A DNA stretch of 63,167 nucleotides, the filler included, from Folioceros fuciformis (lineage: Eukaryota): assembly GCA_049999805.1 (NCBI GenBank). It is 8 parts of 8 records of this genome, joined end to end, with 100 filler letters (N's around TTAATTAATTAA, not from the genome) between each part and the next. Parts side by side here need not be neighbours in the genome. Positions count along the whole stretch, not along the records: positions 26,412 to 37,778 come from JBNGIO010006018.1; positions 37,879 to 42,844 come from JBNGIO010006020.1; positions 42,945 to 50,542 come from JBNGIO010006021.1; 5 more parts are not named here. One strand, given 5' to 3'. The position numbers and the translations under genes were made by a program. Position 1 is the first letter of the stretch, and each line of letters opens with the position of its first letter. Under the pieces are notes generated by a model. The model was not told the DNA's origin. It worked only from the letters and a program-made list of their open reading frames with translations, and searched no databases. Positions 35,901-47,700 of this stretch are shown here, in pieces.

Positions 35901-37778
35901 TGGTAAAAGGGAGAGAAGATCTCGACTCCGAACCTTTGAATGAAGGTGAGTCGGGGCACTACCCTTCAGAACCCATTGACGTCGTCCCTGATGTCCTACA
36001 ACCAGGGCCTGCACAAGGACCTGGAACACCACATCAGCATGTGTCTCCACAACCCGGAACCGTGGGATCTCCTGATCCAGGAGGAGGTACGGTGCCAGAC
36101 ATCAATGCACCGCAATTGCCTGCAAATGAACAACCAAATGTCATGGACCCGCACTCTGAAAATGAGGAAGATGTCATTCAGATCATGAACAGACTGTGCC
36201 TAGGCGCTCGAGCAGATTTAGACTGCCGAGGGACTTATGGAAAGAGCCACCACTAACGTATAACCACAAAGGATCACTTATGGAAGAAACAACTTTGGCA
36301 GCTGAAGATGCACAATGTGGTGAGGATCCTGGTAGCTATGAAGAGGCCATAAATGGGCCAAATTCAGAAATATGGAAAGAATCCATTCAGAAGGAGCTAG
36401 ATGCGTTAATAAAGAATGATACCTGCCAGACCTTGGTGCCTCTGCCACTAGGTAGGAAACCTATAAGCACAAAGTGGGTATTTAAGACTAAATATAGAGC
36501 TGATGGCACATTGGACAAGTACAAATCCAAACTGGTCATCAAGGGTTATTCACAAAGAGCTGGTGAGGACTTTTTAGAAACCTTTTCACCGGTCGTCAGA
36601 ATGAGCTCAGTAAGGTACTTGATCGCTTTAGCTACATACAAAAACTTAGAGCTTCATCAGATGGACATATAGTCTGCCTTCCTTCATGGAAAAATTGAAG
36701 AGGAACATATACATGGAGCTGCCGCAAGGCTATGCAGTCAAGCAAGGCTATGAGCACCTAGTGTGTAAGTTGAGAAAAGCTTTATATGGACTTAAGCAAT
36801 GCCCAAATCGTTGGTTTGCCTGCATAAAAGATTACCTACTTGAGATGGGGTTTGAGCAAAATGCATCAGACCTGAATGTGTTTCGATTCAGAGACAAGGA
36901 TGGCTTCGTAATCCTTGCGCTTTACGTGGATGACACCGTATTAGTGTCCAATAGCCTAACAGGAACTCTAGCCAAAGCAAAGAGCATACTCTCATCCAGT
37001 TTTTCTATGACAGACCTGGGAGAGTTACACTCTTTCCTAGGTATTAATGTGAAGAGAGACAGAGCAAATTGGCAAATCAGATTATCACAAGAGGCTTACG
37101 TGGTTCAGGTGTTGAAGAAGTTCAACATGGAGAATGCAAAGCCGTGCACTACTCCCGCCTCCACGTCTTCTCAGCTTACAGCGCTTCAAGAACCTATATC
37201 AGAAAAAGACTTGGCCTGGATGCAGAAGGTGCCTTATAGAGCAGCCTGTGGATCATTACAACACTTGCAAGTTTCAACCAGGCCAAATATCAGCAAGTCC
37301 ATGTCACATGTTTGCCTGTATTTTCAGTTTTATGCAGAGCCACATTGGACTGCTGTGAAGCGAATCCTAAGGTATCTCAAGGGAACCCTAAACTATGCGC
37401 TGGTCTACCAAGGATCTGCACAAGCAACAAGCTTACCCATGAGCTTGATAGCCTTCTCGGATAGCGACTAGGCAGGCGATCGCGAGAAGAGGAGATCCAC
37501 GGCAGCTTATGTGCTGATGGCGGCGCAAGCCGCGGTGTCCTGGAGAAGCAAAAAGCTTCAAACTATCTACCTCTCATCCGCGGAGGCGGAATATGCTGCG
37601 TGTTCAGAAACGGCCAAGGAAATCACCTGTCAAAGGAATTTTGCAGCAGGATTAGACATGGGAACTAAGGAACCAACTAAGCTCTTCTCAGACTCGCAGT
37701 CGGCGATTGCCTTAACACAAAATCCTGTGTTTCATAGTAGGACGAAGCACATAGAATTGAAGTTCCACTACATCCGCC
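32939..37778 (+). mobile_element. Ty1/Copia retrotransposon (Copia-3), decayed; 5' LTR ends at 32938
   Basis: ..GCTCA then PBS TGGTATCAGAGC (32939-32950). gag at 33597, protease WFLDSGASNH, integrase LVHTDVCGP/RCDNGGEY, RT LYGLKQ/LYVDD, RNase H SSAEAEY..RTKHIELKFHYIR. Stops and frameshifts present; 3' end lost in a linker. Confidence 0.92.
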
Positions 37779-37878
37779 NNNNNNNNNNNNNNNNNNNNNN
37801 NNNNNNNNNNNNNNNNNNNNNNTTAATTAATTAANNNNNNNNNNNNNNNNNNNNNNNNNNNNNNNNNNNNNNNNNNNN

Positions 37879-40800
37879 TGTACGCTCGGAGTCGTCTTGC
37901 GAGCATTCACCACCCTCAGTGTTTGCCATACCCTCCACCAATCCAACAACATCGACAACCCCTGCCTTTGCTCGATACGCTCTGACCATGTGTTCCGTCA
38001 TCTGCACGGCTGGATCCCATACATACAACAGCATAGTCTGCAGCTGGTGCGAGCTCTGCGACGCTGTGATGCCTGATGGGAAGATCAGCGGGTCGTCGGT
38101 GAGCAATGCCGTTGGAGAGCTTCGAGCAAATACCCGCTGGAATCGCTCGACGAAGCACCCGAGCCCCAGGCTACTCCTATCCAGGTGAAAGAGACGGGTG
38201 ACAGCATCCACTATCTTCGCCGCCACATCGTGCGAGGCTCAAAGTCTGACCCATCGTACGTGCCGCCAACAGGCATCGACGACGGCACATGTAGCTCGAC
38301 CACGGTGCAGTCTGAGGATGTTATTTTCCTAGCTTGCAGTGGCGCGCCCCCATCGGGCGACTCAATCGAGAATTCTGGGAAGTCGAGGTTCAGAGGAACC
38401 ATTATCTTTAGCTTCTTGATGAGCACACGCACAAGCGAGCTTCCTGCAACCATCGCTCGTTGCCTCCTCCTGGGTGATGGGGTGCCAATGAAGTGATTTT
38501 GTCACAGCGTCATGGGTATGTTCCCGGCCGCTGCTCTCATGGTGTCCTCCAGTGGTGGACTAGGTGAAATCTGTGGCGTTTGTGCGGGCGAGCGGGGCAT
38601 TGCCCATCCTACCACCATGGATGCAGTCGCGGTAGCTGGTAGGCGACCTCGCGTGCGAGCGAGCGGGGCATTGCCCATCCTACCACCATGGATGCACTCG
38701 CGGTAGCTGGTAGGCAACCTCTCGGTGTCGGCCAACTCTAGCGTATTGTGCTCACACTTGGCACTTGCAGCACTGCAGGTCCATCAGGAGTGTAGCAGAC
38801 CGTACTACGAGCAGATGGTGCCGGGGTTGCGGGGTCTGCTGCCGGTATGGTAAGCTGTGGCGTTCGTGGCGTTCGAGCTGCATGACGTTGGCGATTGGTC
38901 GGCGGGACATCCTGGAACACATTGTCCACATCTTCCTCCTCCGTTCTCCAATCAGCAAGGATGGAGTCACCATTGTCGACAACAACATTCAGACGCCGGT
39001 GGCGCTCTGGCTTCTCTTCCACGGACATATTGATGTTGATAACGGCTGCAATTCTCCTCCCCGGGTGCCCCCTCCCACAGTGAACACGGTGTGTGCGCAG
39101 ATGCAGCGGTACCTGCATATGCAGTGCGTTCAGTTGCTGGGCGGGAGGGTCTGAGCATGCCCCACCCTCCCTCCATACACCCATCGCGTATGTGCGCAGA
39201 TGCAGCGGTACATGCATATGCAGTGCGTTCAGTTGTTGGGCGGGAGGGTCTGAGCATGCCCCACCCTCCCTCCATACGCCCATCGCGTACGGAGAGCAGA
39301 GGATCAATACCTGGGATATCTGCATGCGCCCACCAGCCGCGATAAAGAATATGGGGTTGCAGAGCCCTTAATACTGCCATTAAAAAGTCGGCGCTAAACG
39401 CAGATGTTCAAAATCTCCTCCCTCATCAACTGCAGATGCCAGCCATTCTGCCGCGATACTTCACACTCAAAGTTGCTTGTCACACCAAGCTCGAGGTCAG
39501 TGCCAAATGATGATTTGCCGATGTTGGCAAGTAATATTACTCCCACGAATAAGGGAGTCCCTCACCGTCCACCCGAAGGCACACCCAGCCCCGATCCCTT
39601 CTTCTCGATCCTGGGCCTCAAACATGCTGACTAGTCGTGTCCCTCAACAGCGTGTATGGTCCCCAGGTGCACGTAAGCGTACCGCCCATCGCCTGGCCGC
39701 TNNNNNNNNNNNNNNNNNNNNNNNNNNNNNNNNNNNNNNNNNNNNNNNNNNNNNNNNNNNNNNNNNNNNNNNNNNNNNNNNNNNNNNNNNNNNNNNNNNN
39801 NCCCATTCGGTCTTTACCACCACAGTCGCTCCTCCTCCCAAATGCGATGGATGACACCCCCGCTCACTGCAACCGTTATCCCAAAAACCTGCCAGTCGTA
39901 AGACATGCGCTCCCAATTCCCACACTCCCCTACACAACATTGTGATGGAGCCCTCGCCTTACTGGAATAGTTTGCAGCCCGACCTGGGCAAATCCTGATT
40001 TATATGGACAGCTTGTAAGAGGAATGACGGGTTCGTGGGATTGGAGCCCTAGTTTCCCACAACCACGTACACATGCATGCGTTGGATCCCTCACCCACTG
40101 CCACAACACCGGAATGAAGGTGAGGTGTACCAAACGGGGTACTTGGGTATAGGGTAACCCTTTTCTTCATTATTGTATTGGTTGTTGGGGTACCCACGTT
40201 TGATGGAATTAGGACATTTGATGGAAATATCACGGCCGCCCTTCTAGATTATCAGTAAACAACTATTTGAACACGTAAAATCGTCATGCGATTACTCAAA
40301 TATATAGAGGTGAAACATGGAAGTGTATATTTTTTTCCTCAAAATTAATTCCAGAAAATGTATGATATTCCAGTCATGCATTGTGCAGTATTATATCTTC
40401 CTCTTCTTCAAATGTAAACACCCAAAAACAGAACACCACCACTTCTTGGATTCAAGCAAACATTTCACACAACTGTAAAGCCTTAAACCTTAAACCCTAC
40501 CCCTCAGTCAGACTAGGCACCACAGGGTCAACTCCACAAGTGTAGTCCATACACCACATCCGAGGTGTCGTGCATGCATCACCAGCTGTTGGGCACACAA
40601 GGTACGTGCATCTCGCGCTCCAGTCCAGCCCGGCCTTCAGCTGCAACAAGACAACAGGGCAAACATGAAATTCTGTCCATGCGATACGCCCCGAGTCATG
40701 CTAGTAGCGCTCATGTGTGCAGTGGCGCACTTCGGTGCAAATACGAATCAAAAGGGCTGCCCTCCACGGGCTGCTTGGAGTTGGGTAATCCGTGACCTGC

Positions 40801-42064
40801 CTAATCACCCACACACATTGCAATCGTTCTAAGCCACATGCACACCAAAACATTGCATTCCAATCAGAAATCCAGCAACATTTCCTTTCTACAGATTTCG
40901 ACAAAGGGTTGTTGCAGCTGCCATCGACAGTCATGAGGTCTGCACCGCCATCATAAGCTAGCACCTCCCTATAGGTGTGATGAGGCCACCACCTCACGTG
41001 ATCCTTTGGCCGTTGCAGCAGCGGGCTACATGATATAGCCCACGAGCCACCTACAAGGTTTGCAGCCCTGGTTCTAGAAATGGCCTAATACCCTTTTCTG
41101 ATAATGTCAGCTAAATATCTTCATATGGGATAAGCTAATTAATAGCTATTTCCTAATGGCCAAAATCACATATATAGCCAGCCTACCTTAAGGCTACTAT
41201 ATATATTCTTGTAAAACAAGTTTGGTAGAGGTTGGGGACTCCACGACCACGGTTCCTCTACAGTTTGTGTTTCTACGACATAGGCCACTCCTTTTCAGGG
41301 CCGGTGTAGGTGGGCCCCGTTGATGTGTGCTCCTTCCCAGCACCAGTCGTCTATTGCTGAGGTACCATACAAGCTCTCCCTCACTCCACGCCCATGTAGG
41401 GTTATTAAAGCCCAATGTGCTTAGACTAATGTGATTAGTGTCCAATTAAGTATCATTAGTTTAGATTAGCCTAGGCTAATCTTTAGGAAGCTTCCTGCAT
41501 AGCTTCCTATGAGCTTCTTGTGAAGCTTCCTTGGGAGCTTTTCTAGAGAGTATAAATACCCTCTTGAGCTCCCTTTGCAATAGAGCTGTGAGAGGCACTG
41601 TGAGACCTCTCTTTCTCCTCTCCTCCTCTCTTCCACTCCTCTCCTCTCCTTTTCTCCATCTTCATGTGGCTCCCTTTCCGATCCTTCAGCCCATGCTTGG
41701 AAAACCTTGGCCATTTGTAGACGAAAACATATTAGCGAACCCCCTTCTTGAGTGACATCTTGGGTTTATGGTTTCACCTGCTCATACCCCTGTGGCGAGT
41801 ACCCACCGAAGCGCACGGGTACGATGGTTGTTAAACTTAGAAGGACAGGTAAATAGTCACACTTGGCACATTTTCCTTGACTATGGTGCAAACATCAAGT
41901 GAATCGCGAGAGGTTTCGCCGAACTGTGTGTAGGGGAAACGATACCGGGCTGTGTTGTGGAGCACTACACGTGCTAAACGGGCGTATGCATCAACGGCCG
42001 GCATTGAGTCGTGTAGTAAGTTTACTGATAGGGTGTGTGATTGAATATAGTTTAGGGTTTGCAT
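37879..42064 (-). pseudogene. Heavily decayed coding-like region, possibly a MULE-type DNA transposon with plant-mobile-domain-like cargo
   Basis: Fragments LMTVDGS..FWCACGLE..VWVIRQV (40997-40701) loosely recall the MULE DDE start, and WGPY / TPLFVG..EYYLP near 39500-39700 loosely recall PMD proteins. Contains 99-bp (39090-39290) and about 73-bp (38585-38720) duplications. Weak. Confidence 0.25.
41069..41687 (+). mobile_element. Family B LTR copy (solo or partial)
   Basis: 41393-41687 is the reverse complement of the conserved part of the 28090 and 30473 copies and ends GATCCTTCA. GCCC lies on both sides (possible 4-bp TSD). The left boundary is tentative. Confidence 0.65.
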
Positions 42065-42158
42065 ACTAAGGAAATTAGGGTTGACTCTGGTATTACTTAT
42101 ATAGTACCATGTTTCAAGTTTGGTTTTGCATGACTAGTTCATAACCATTCAATCTGCT

Positions 42159-42764
42159 TTGGGTTTTAGGTTTAGGGTTTTGGATTTAGGGCTTAGGGTT
42201 AAGGGCATCTTTCAAGTGCCCTCCACACAAGTTGTTTCAAATGCATCTGTTAGATGTCCGGTTTGGTGTTGGCCTTCAAAGTTCCGTGTGCGACCCATGG
42301 GACGCATAAGCGGTGTGTTTGTGAAAGTCATAGAGAGAGGGGGCATGTCCCCTTTAGTATGCCATACGTGTCCTCTTTTGCGTGCCATGCATGCGTACTC
42401 ATGAACCCATAGATGGAGGCATGGTTCTTTTGCTCTAAAAGCAAAGTTCTCCTTTGCATCATCATTGCTTGCATCCATTGAGGCAAACACAGTTGATTGT
42501 GTACAGTAAATGGCACATACTTAGAGTATGGCATTGGGTACCATTTGCAGACCTCTTGTATGGCATACCAAAGGGGACACACCCCTTGTCTCTAACACAC
42601 CAATTAACAAACACACCAATTATGTGTCCCCTTTGGCGCGTAAGCGAGTTTGGAGGCCAAAACCAAACCAGACATTTGACAGATGATGTGAAAAAACTTG
42701 TGTGGAGGGCACTTGAAAGACGCCCTTAACCCTAAGCCCTAAATCCTAAACCCAAAACCCTAAG
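42159..42764. mobile_element. Foldback/MITE-like element with about 200-bp imperfect inverted arms capped by telomere-like repeats
   Basis: Left arm (TTTAGGG-like)n-GGCATCTTTCAAGTGCCCTCCACACAAG..GTATGCCATAC. Right arm GTATGGCATAC..CTTGTGTGGAGGGCACTTGAAAGACGCC-(CCCTAA-like)n. Confidence 0.8.
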
Positions 42765-43443
42765 CTGAAAATCCAAAACCTGCCTCCCTAAGCCACATGC
42801 CCAAAACCCTAAGCTCCATGCCATACCTATGCCCTCCACAACGGNNNNNNNNNNNNNNNNNNNNNNNNNNNNNNNNNNNNNNNNNNNNTTAATTAATTAA
42901 NNNNNNNNNNNNNNNNNNNNNNNNNNNNNNNNNNNNNNNNNNNNAGGGCACCTCTTCAACTCCACCATGCAGTTGCTAGGGTGCTCCATTGGCTTGCTAG
43001 AGGGTTGCCACCTCATATTGTTACCGATATGTATGGTGTAGGAGCTTCGACTATGGCTCAGTACACCATTATGATTTTAGAGATATTGAGTAATGCGGAA
43101 AAGTTATGAGGAAAGGGATGCAACTAGATGTAGAGGAAAAAAATATTTGAGAACCCCCTTCCCGAGTGTCAGAGTTGATGGGTTTTGGTTTTTTTTGTGA
43201 AGTAAAGGAGAAAGCGGCTTAAGATGAGAATAAGCAGGGTATATATACACAAAGACCTCCTAGGACCATGAAGTTTCGGGGTGGACTAATAGCCGGACTA
43301 GGTGTCCGGGGGGCTGTTTGGTCCTTGGGTTTTGGTGGTTGAATAAATGCTAGGGAGCCTATATATGTGGGCCCATGCCCCCCCCCCCCCCCTGAAATTA
43401 GGAAATAAGGGACGACCCCAAGGCGAGGGAGGTCGTGGACTTA

Positions 43444-44052
43444 GGCTAGAAAATAAGGAAGTCGTGATTCAGCAACGGTAGGGGAAGGTGAACCACCTTC
43501 ATGGAAGGATGACTGGTGGTGGAGCTCCGGTGGGTAGCGAAAGCAAAATGGCCGGGCAGAGGAAAACCCTACGTAAGGACTAGGAGGGCCCGAGTGCGAT
43601 TTCGAAAAGGAGCGCAACCGAGGAGTCGGGGAGAGGAAGTGGTGGACAGGGCATGAGCGGAAGACAGGCAACCAGAGCGAAGGCACGGTCAGACACAACG
43701 GCTCCTGAGCAAGACAGGAACAGCGCGGGCATTGACCAACCAAGGGGAGGCTAGAAAACAAGGAAGTTGTGACTCAGCAACGGTAGGGGAAGGTGAACCA
43801 CCTTCATGGAAGGACGACTGGTGGTAGAGCTCTGGTGGGTAGTGAAATTAGAACGGCCGGGCAGAGGAAAACCCTAAGTAAGGACCAGGAGGGCCCGAGT
43901 GCGATTTCAAAAAGGAGCGCAACTGAGGAGTTGGGGAGAGGAAGTGGTGGACGGGACATGAGCGGAAGACAGGCAACCAAAGCGAAGGCACAGTCAGGCA
44001 CAACAGCTCCTGAGCAGGACAGGAACAATGCAGGCACCAACCAACCATGGGG
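43444..44052. repeat. About 305-bp tandem duplication in a retroelement-like region
   Basis: GGCTAGAAAA.AAGGAAGT.GTGA.TCAGCAACGGTAGGG at 43444 and 43749. Decayed plus-strand charged ORFs of unknown type follow (43793-44317, 45484-46200). Confidence 0.8.
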
Positions 44053-46215
44053 AGGCGTGATGTCAAGGAGAAGACTAAGGAGGATGAAGAAGGAGGGAGC
44101 ATCTTCGGAGCTGGTGCCGACGGGCGTGGCCAGGGACGTAGAACAGGTCCCTATGCCCCAAGTGGAGGTTGCGCTCAAGCCGAACATGGATCACTGGAGG
44201 GCTAGAGCCGGAAGTCTAGTGGAGGACCTAGGCCTCGGGTTTATGGTCCAACGGTGGAACCATGTGGCACCTACCTTGGTGCAGGAATGTGCATGTCAAC
44301 TGAGAAGCCCGGCGTAGGGGGAAGGAATCAGAGGGAGTCCTCAGGACTGGAGCGTCGAGCTAGTCCGAACCATGTATGTATGGGCGCAGCCAGGAGGAAG
44401 CCGGAGGACTCTGTCGCGCAGCAGCCGCATAGCTGCATGCCTACCTAGCCTGTCTACCAAGCTAGGTCACTAAGCTTCCGCCTGCCTGCGATCTCCTTGG
44501 CCTTCGGCCCAGGAGCAACAATCCTAGCCTTAATTTGTCCTTGGCCTATGGCCAAGAGCAAGGCTACAAAAAGAGACTAGGTTTGCCTAAGAGAGGCAGA
44601 CCCGGGACCCGTCAACAGGTGAAATCAAGCTGGAAAATTCTCCCAACCTGGCAATGCAACGAACCACAAGAACCTCTAGGAGACAAAGACACAGCAGGGA
44701 CGAAGTATGGCTGTCTATTGGAACAAGACAAACATCAACAATCCGAGAATCCATGGCTGGGTGCCTACATATATAGGCAAAAACCCCCAGGAGTTCTCGA
44801 TGAAGTGTCCACCCGTATCGATGGTGGGCACTTTATAATCCTACTTTCCTTGATTTATGATTTTTATGTATTTTCTAATATCTTCTAATATAAATCTGCT
44901 ATCTATATATGCGGCATAGCACCGCGCCTTTCATGCACAACCATGCATATAGGTTGCATGCGCCATGACACATCACCTGCCACATGTCCACATACATCAC
45001 ATGTCATCCTTCATCTCCATATGCATGCATACATGGCACACATGCATATATGGCATACATGTCATGTGCAGGCCATCCATGGGCCATGTACATGACATCA
45101 TCAAGCACTTCAGCATCAGGGCTTATGCCCGAGATGCTCCAGTCAGTATCTAGTCATTTCAGCATTCAGGGCTTATGCCCAGGATGCTCTAGTCAGTATC
45201 CAGTCATAGAGTCTTAGGTGCTCTGTTTCCCATTCAGCAACAGCATGACAACTCATAATAGAGTCCTTGAGAAAGCGAAGCACCACAGCAGCAGCGGTGG
45301 CGCTGTTCAATGCGGGGATAGGAAGGGAAGCCAATGGCTAGTTGGCACAAGAGATGGCGACTGCCCAACTCATGGGGTTGGCTAGGTGGCTCATATGTTT
45401 CCTACAAAACAGGAAGCAAGACTACCTGTCGGACCACATGCTTTTGTTTCTGCACGAGGTGTTGAAGGGAAGTCGTTGCATCTTTGCACATGTGGAAGTT
45501 GGTTAGGGAAGTTAAGTGGAAGCCGGAGGAGCCAAAGGAAGAAGCCAAATCCAGCAATTGGGAATCAGGGGCCACAGGGAGCTCAAAGGAGGAAGCAACG
45601 GCCAACACGAAGCGGAAGGCAAGAGCAAGGTGGAAGACCCCTACGAAGAGGAGGAAGGTGGGTGGCCCAGCTGCCAAAATTACGAGCGAGTCGGCACGGT
45701 AGGAGGTCGTCTAGAAGGTGGGTGACAAGGCACTAGATGCACCTCAGGAAATGGTGCTAGGAGAGGAAGCGGGCCCAGTTGAGGTGCCAGGCAAGTTAGG
45801 GCAAGCACAGCAGGAAGAACCCTTTCCAGGATGGGAAGGGATTTTCAAGAACGTTCCTCCGGTGACCATGCTGCAGGAGGAGGATTTTTCCAGAGTGCGC
45901 ATGCTGCTGGGAAGGCAAATTTTGGACAAAAGGATGGGCTACCGGAGGAGCACCACAGCAGGTGGATTTACCGGGCCTGATTGTGGCCATGGTGCGGGCA
46001 CAGGCGGATATGTTGGACGAAGCTGCAAGGGCGCTGACCTGGTTAAGCATGCAGGGGCAGAAGGAGGAAGAGACGCAGACCAAGCTAACTGAGGCCGAAG
46101 TGAGTCGACAGCAACTAGAGATTCGATAGACCCTAAGTGCAACCAAGGAACAAGCGAAGGAAGAAGCACGCCCAGCCTGAAAGGAGATGCAAACGCTGAA
46201 GGGGTAGCAGGAACT

Positions 46216-47700
46216 GCTCCTTACTACTAATTGCGGAAGCGAACTTTGTATAAAAGCATTTAAATAATAATAAAGGAAAGCATCCTTTAAATACAAAATT
46301 GTGTGTGTGTCTTTTGGGTTAATTAATTAACCTCTAGTTAAACTAAGCCATAAGCTATGTTAGGGTTTTATATCCAACACTCCCACTAAACCTACATGGC
46401 TTATGTAACTACGGGTTTGAATAGAGCATCATTACAAACCATTACTCCCAGCTACCCTGCTCAACCAAGTACTGACACATGGAAGTCCTGTTTCTCAGTC
46501 CCCTTAAACCTTGCATGCTACCTGCTCAGGAAAGCAGTCACAAAACAACGGATTGAAGAACTGCTCAGGCGCGACACTCAGCAAACCACCAGCCATGTCT
46601 TCTAGGCACACAGGCAAGAGAAGCGCAAGCAACAGTGTTGGTGGAGATCAGGAGCGTGGGCGCTCAGCAGCCAGAAGGGAAGTTCCAGCTATAGTGCTAG
46701 CACCACCAGCCAATGCATCAGCACTTGTCAACCTGCCTCGTCGTCCTGCCGACGTCCCCGTGATAGAGTTGGATTCTGGCGAATCCTCTAGAGCCTCGAA
46801 GCCAAGCATCACAAACCTCTCTCCTGTGCCCAACTCAACTAACGAAGACGAAGAGGTGGAGAGCATCCCTCACCGCAAAGCTTGTGCTCTCGGAGGACCT
46901 CCCACTGCTTATCAATTAGTTGATTAGGTGGATGTAGTGTTTGCTACGCTTGTTGAGATGGAAAAGCTCCTGGACGTGAAGAGGGCTGAAGTAGCTACGT
47001 AGCAAGTAGAGCTGGCACAAGAGACTATGGAAAGGGCTATTGTTGCTGCTGATAAGGCCTTTGACGAAATAGAAGAGAAGAGGACCAGGCGTCGTGGTAG
47101 CAAAGATTGTAGTGTATGTGCCTACAGTAGTAAGCTGTGTCCTCTATGCAGGAAGAGACTGCGTGTGATGAGTGGAAAACCTAACCATGTGCTGCTTATG
47201 TTTAGAACTAGCCTTGAGCTTCATCCACTAAGCAGACATGTGCATGACTTTATGCTGTTTTGTGCAGGAGGGATACGAGCCAAAGGTGGCCCCTGGTGGA
47301 AACTGAAGTCTGCTAGTGAACTGTGGCAGAAGCCACTAAGGTGCAAACCTCCTTGTGTGGTGTGCACCAAATCCAGAGACAGTTAGTAATAGTCCTGCAC
47401 AGTGTTGCAGTCAGGTCTTGCATATTCGGGATAGCTAAACTCTTTGAGACCCAGTGCAGCCATGTGCTGAAAATGTTTGGCTTTGGGAAGCCCCTTAGTA
47501 AAAATGTCTACAGTGTTCAAGTGCGTGCTAACATACTCAACCTTCACAATGCCACGTTTTGCTGTATCCCTAATGTAGTGATGATAGAGTTCAATGTGCT
47601 TGGTCCTGGCATGAAATCTTGGATTAGCAACAAGAGCAATTGCACTGATGTTATCACAGAGTAGCAAAGTAGGACCATCCTGTGACTGATTTACTGTGTT
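46216..47700 (-). mobile_element. Ty1/Copia 3' end (Copia-4): RNase H tail, antisense ORF, PPT, 3' LTR
   Basis: CDNISAIALVANPRFHARTKHIELYHHYIR..VDIFTKGL (47718-47383). PPT AGTGGGAG at 46387-46380 and LTR start TGTTGG at 46379. The far LTR end is approximate. Confidence 0.8.
46595..47386 (+). pseudogene. Antisense accessory ORF of Copia-4 (disordered + coiled-coil + Cys motif)
   Basis: ORFs 46511-46927 and 47027-47386 share a frame, separated by two TAG stops: MSSRHTGKRS..EMEKLLDVKRAEVAT*QVELAQETMERAIVAADKAFDEIEEKR..CSVCAYSSKLCPLCRKRL. Confidence 0.55.
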
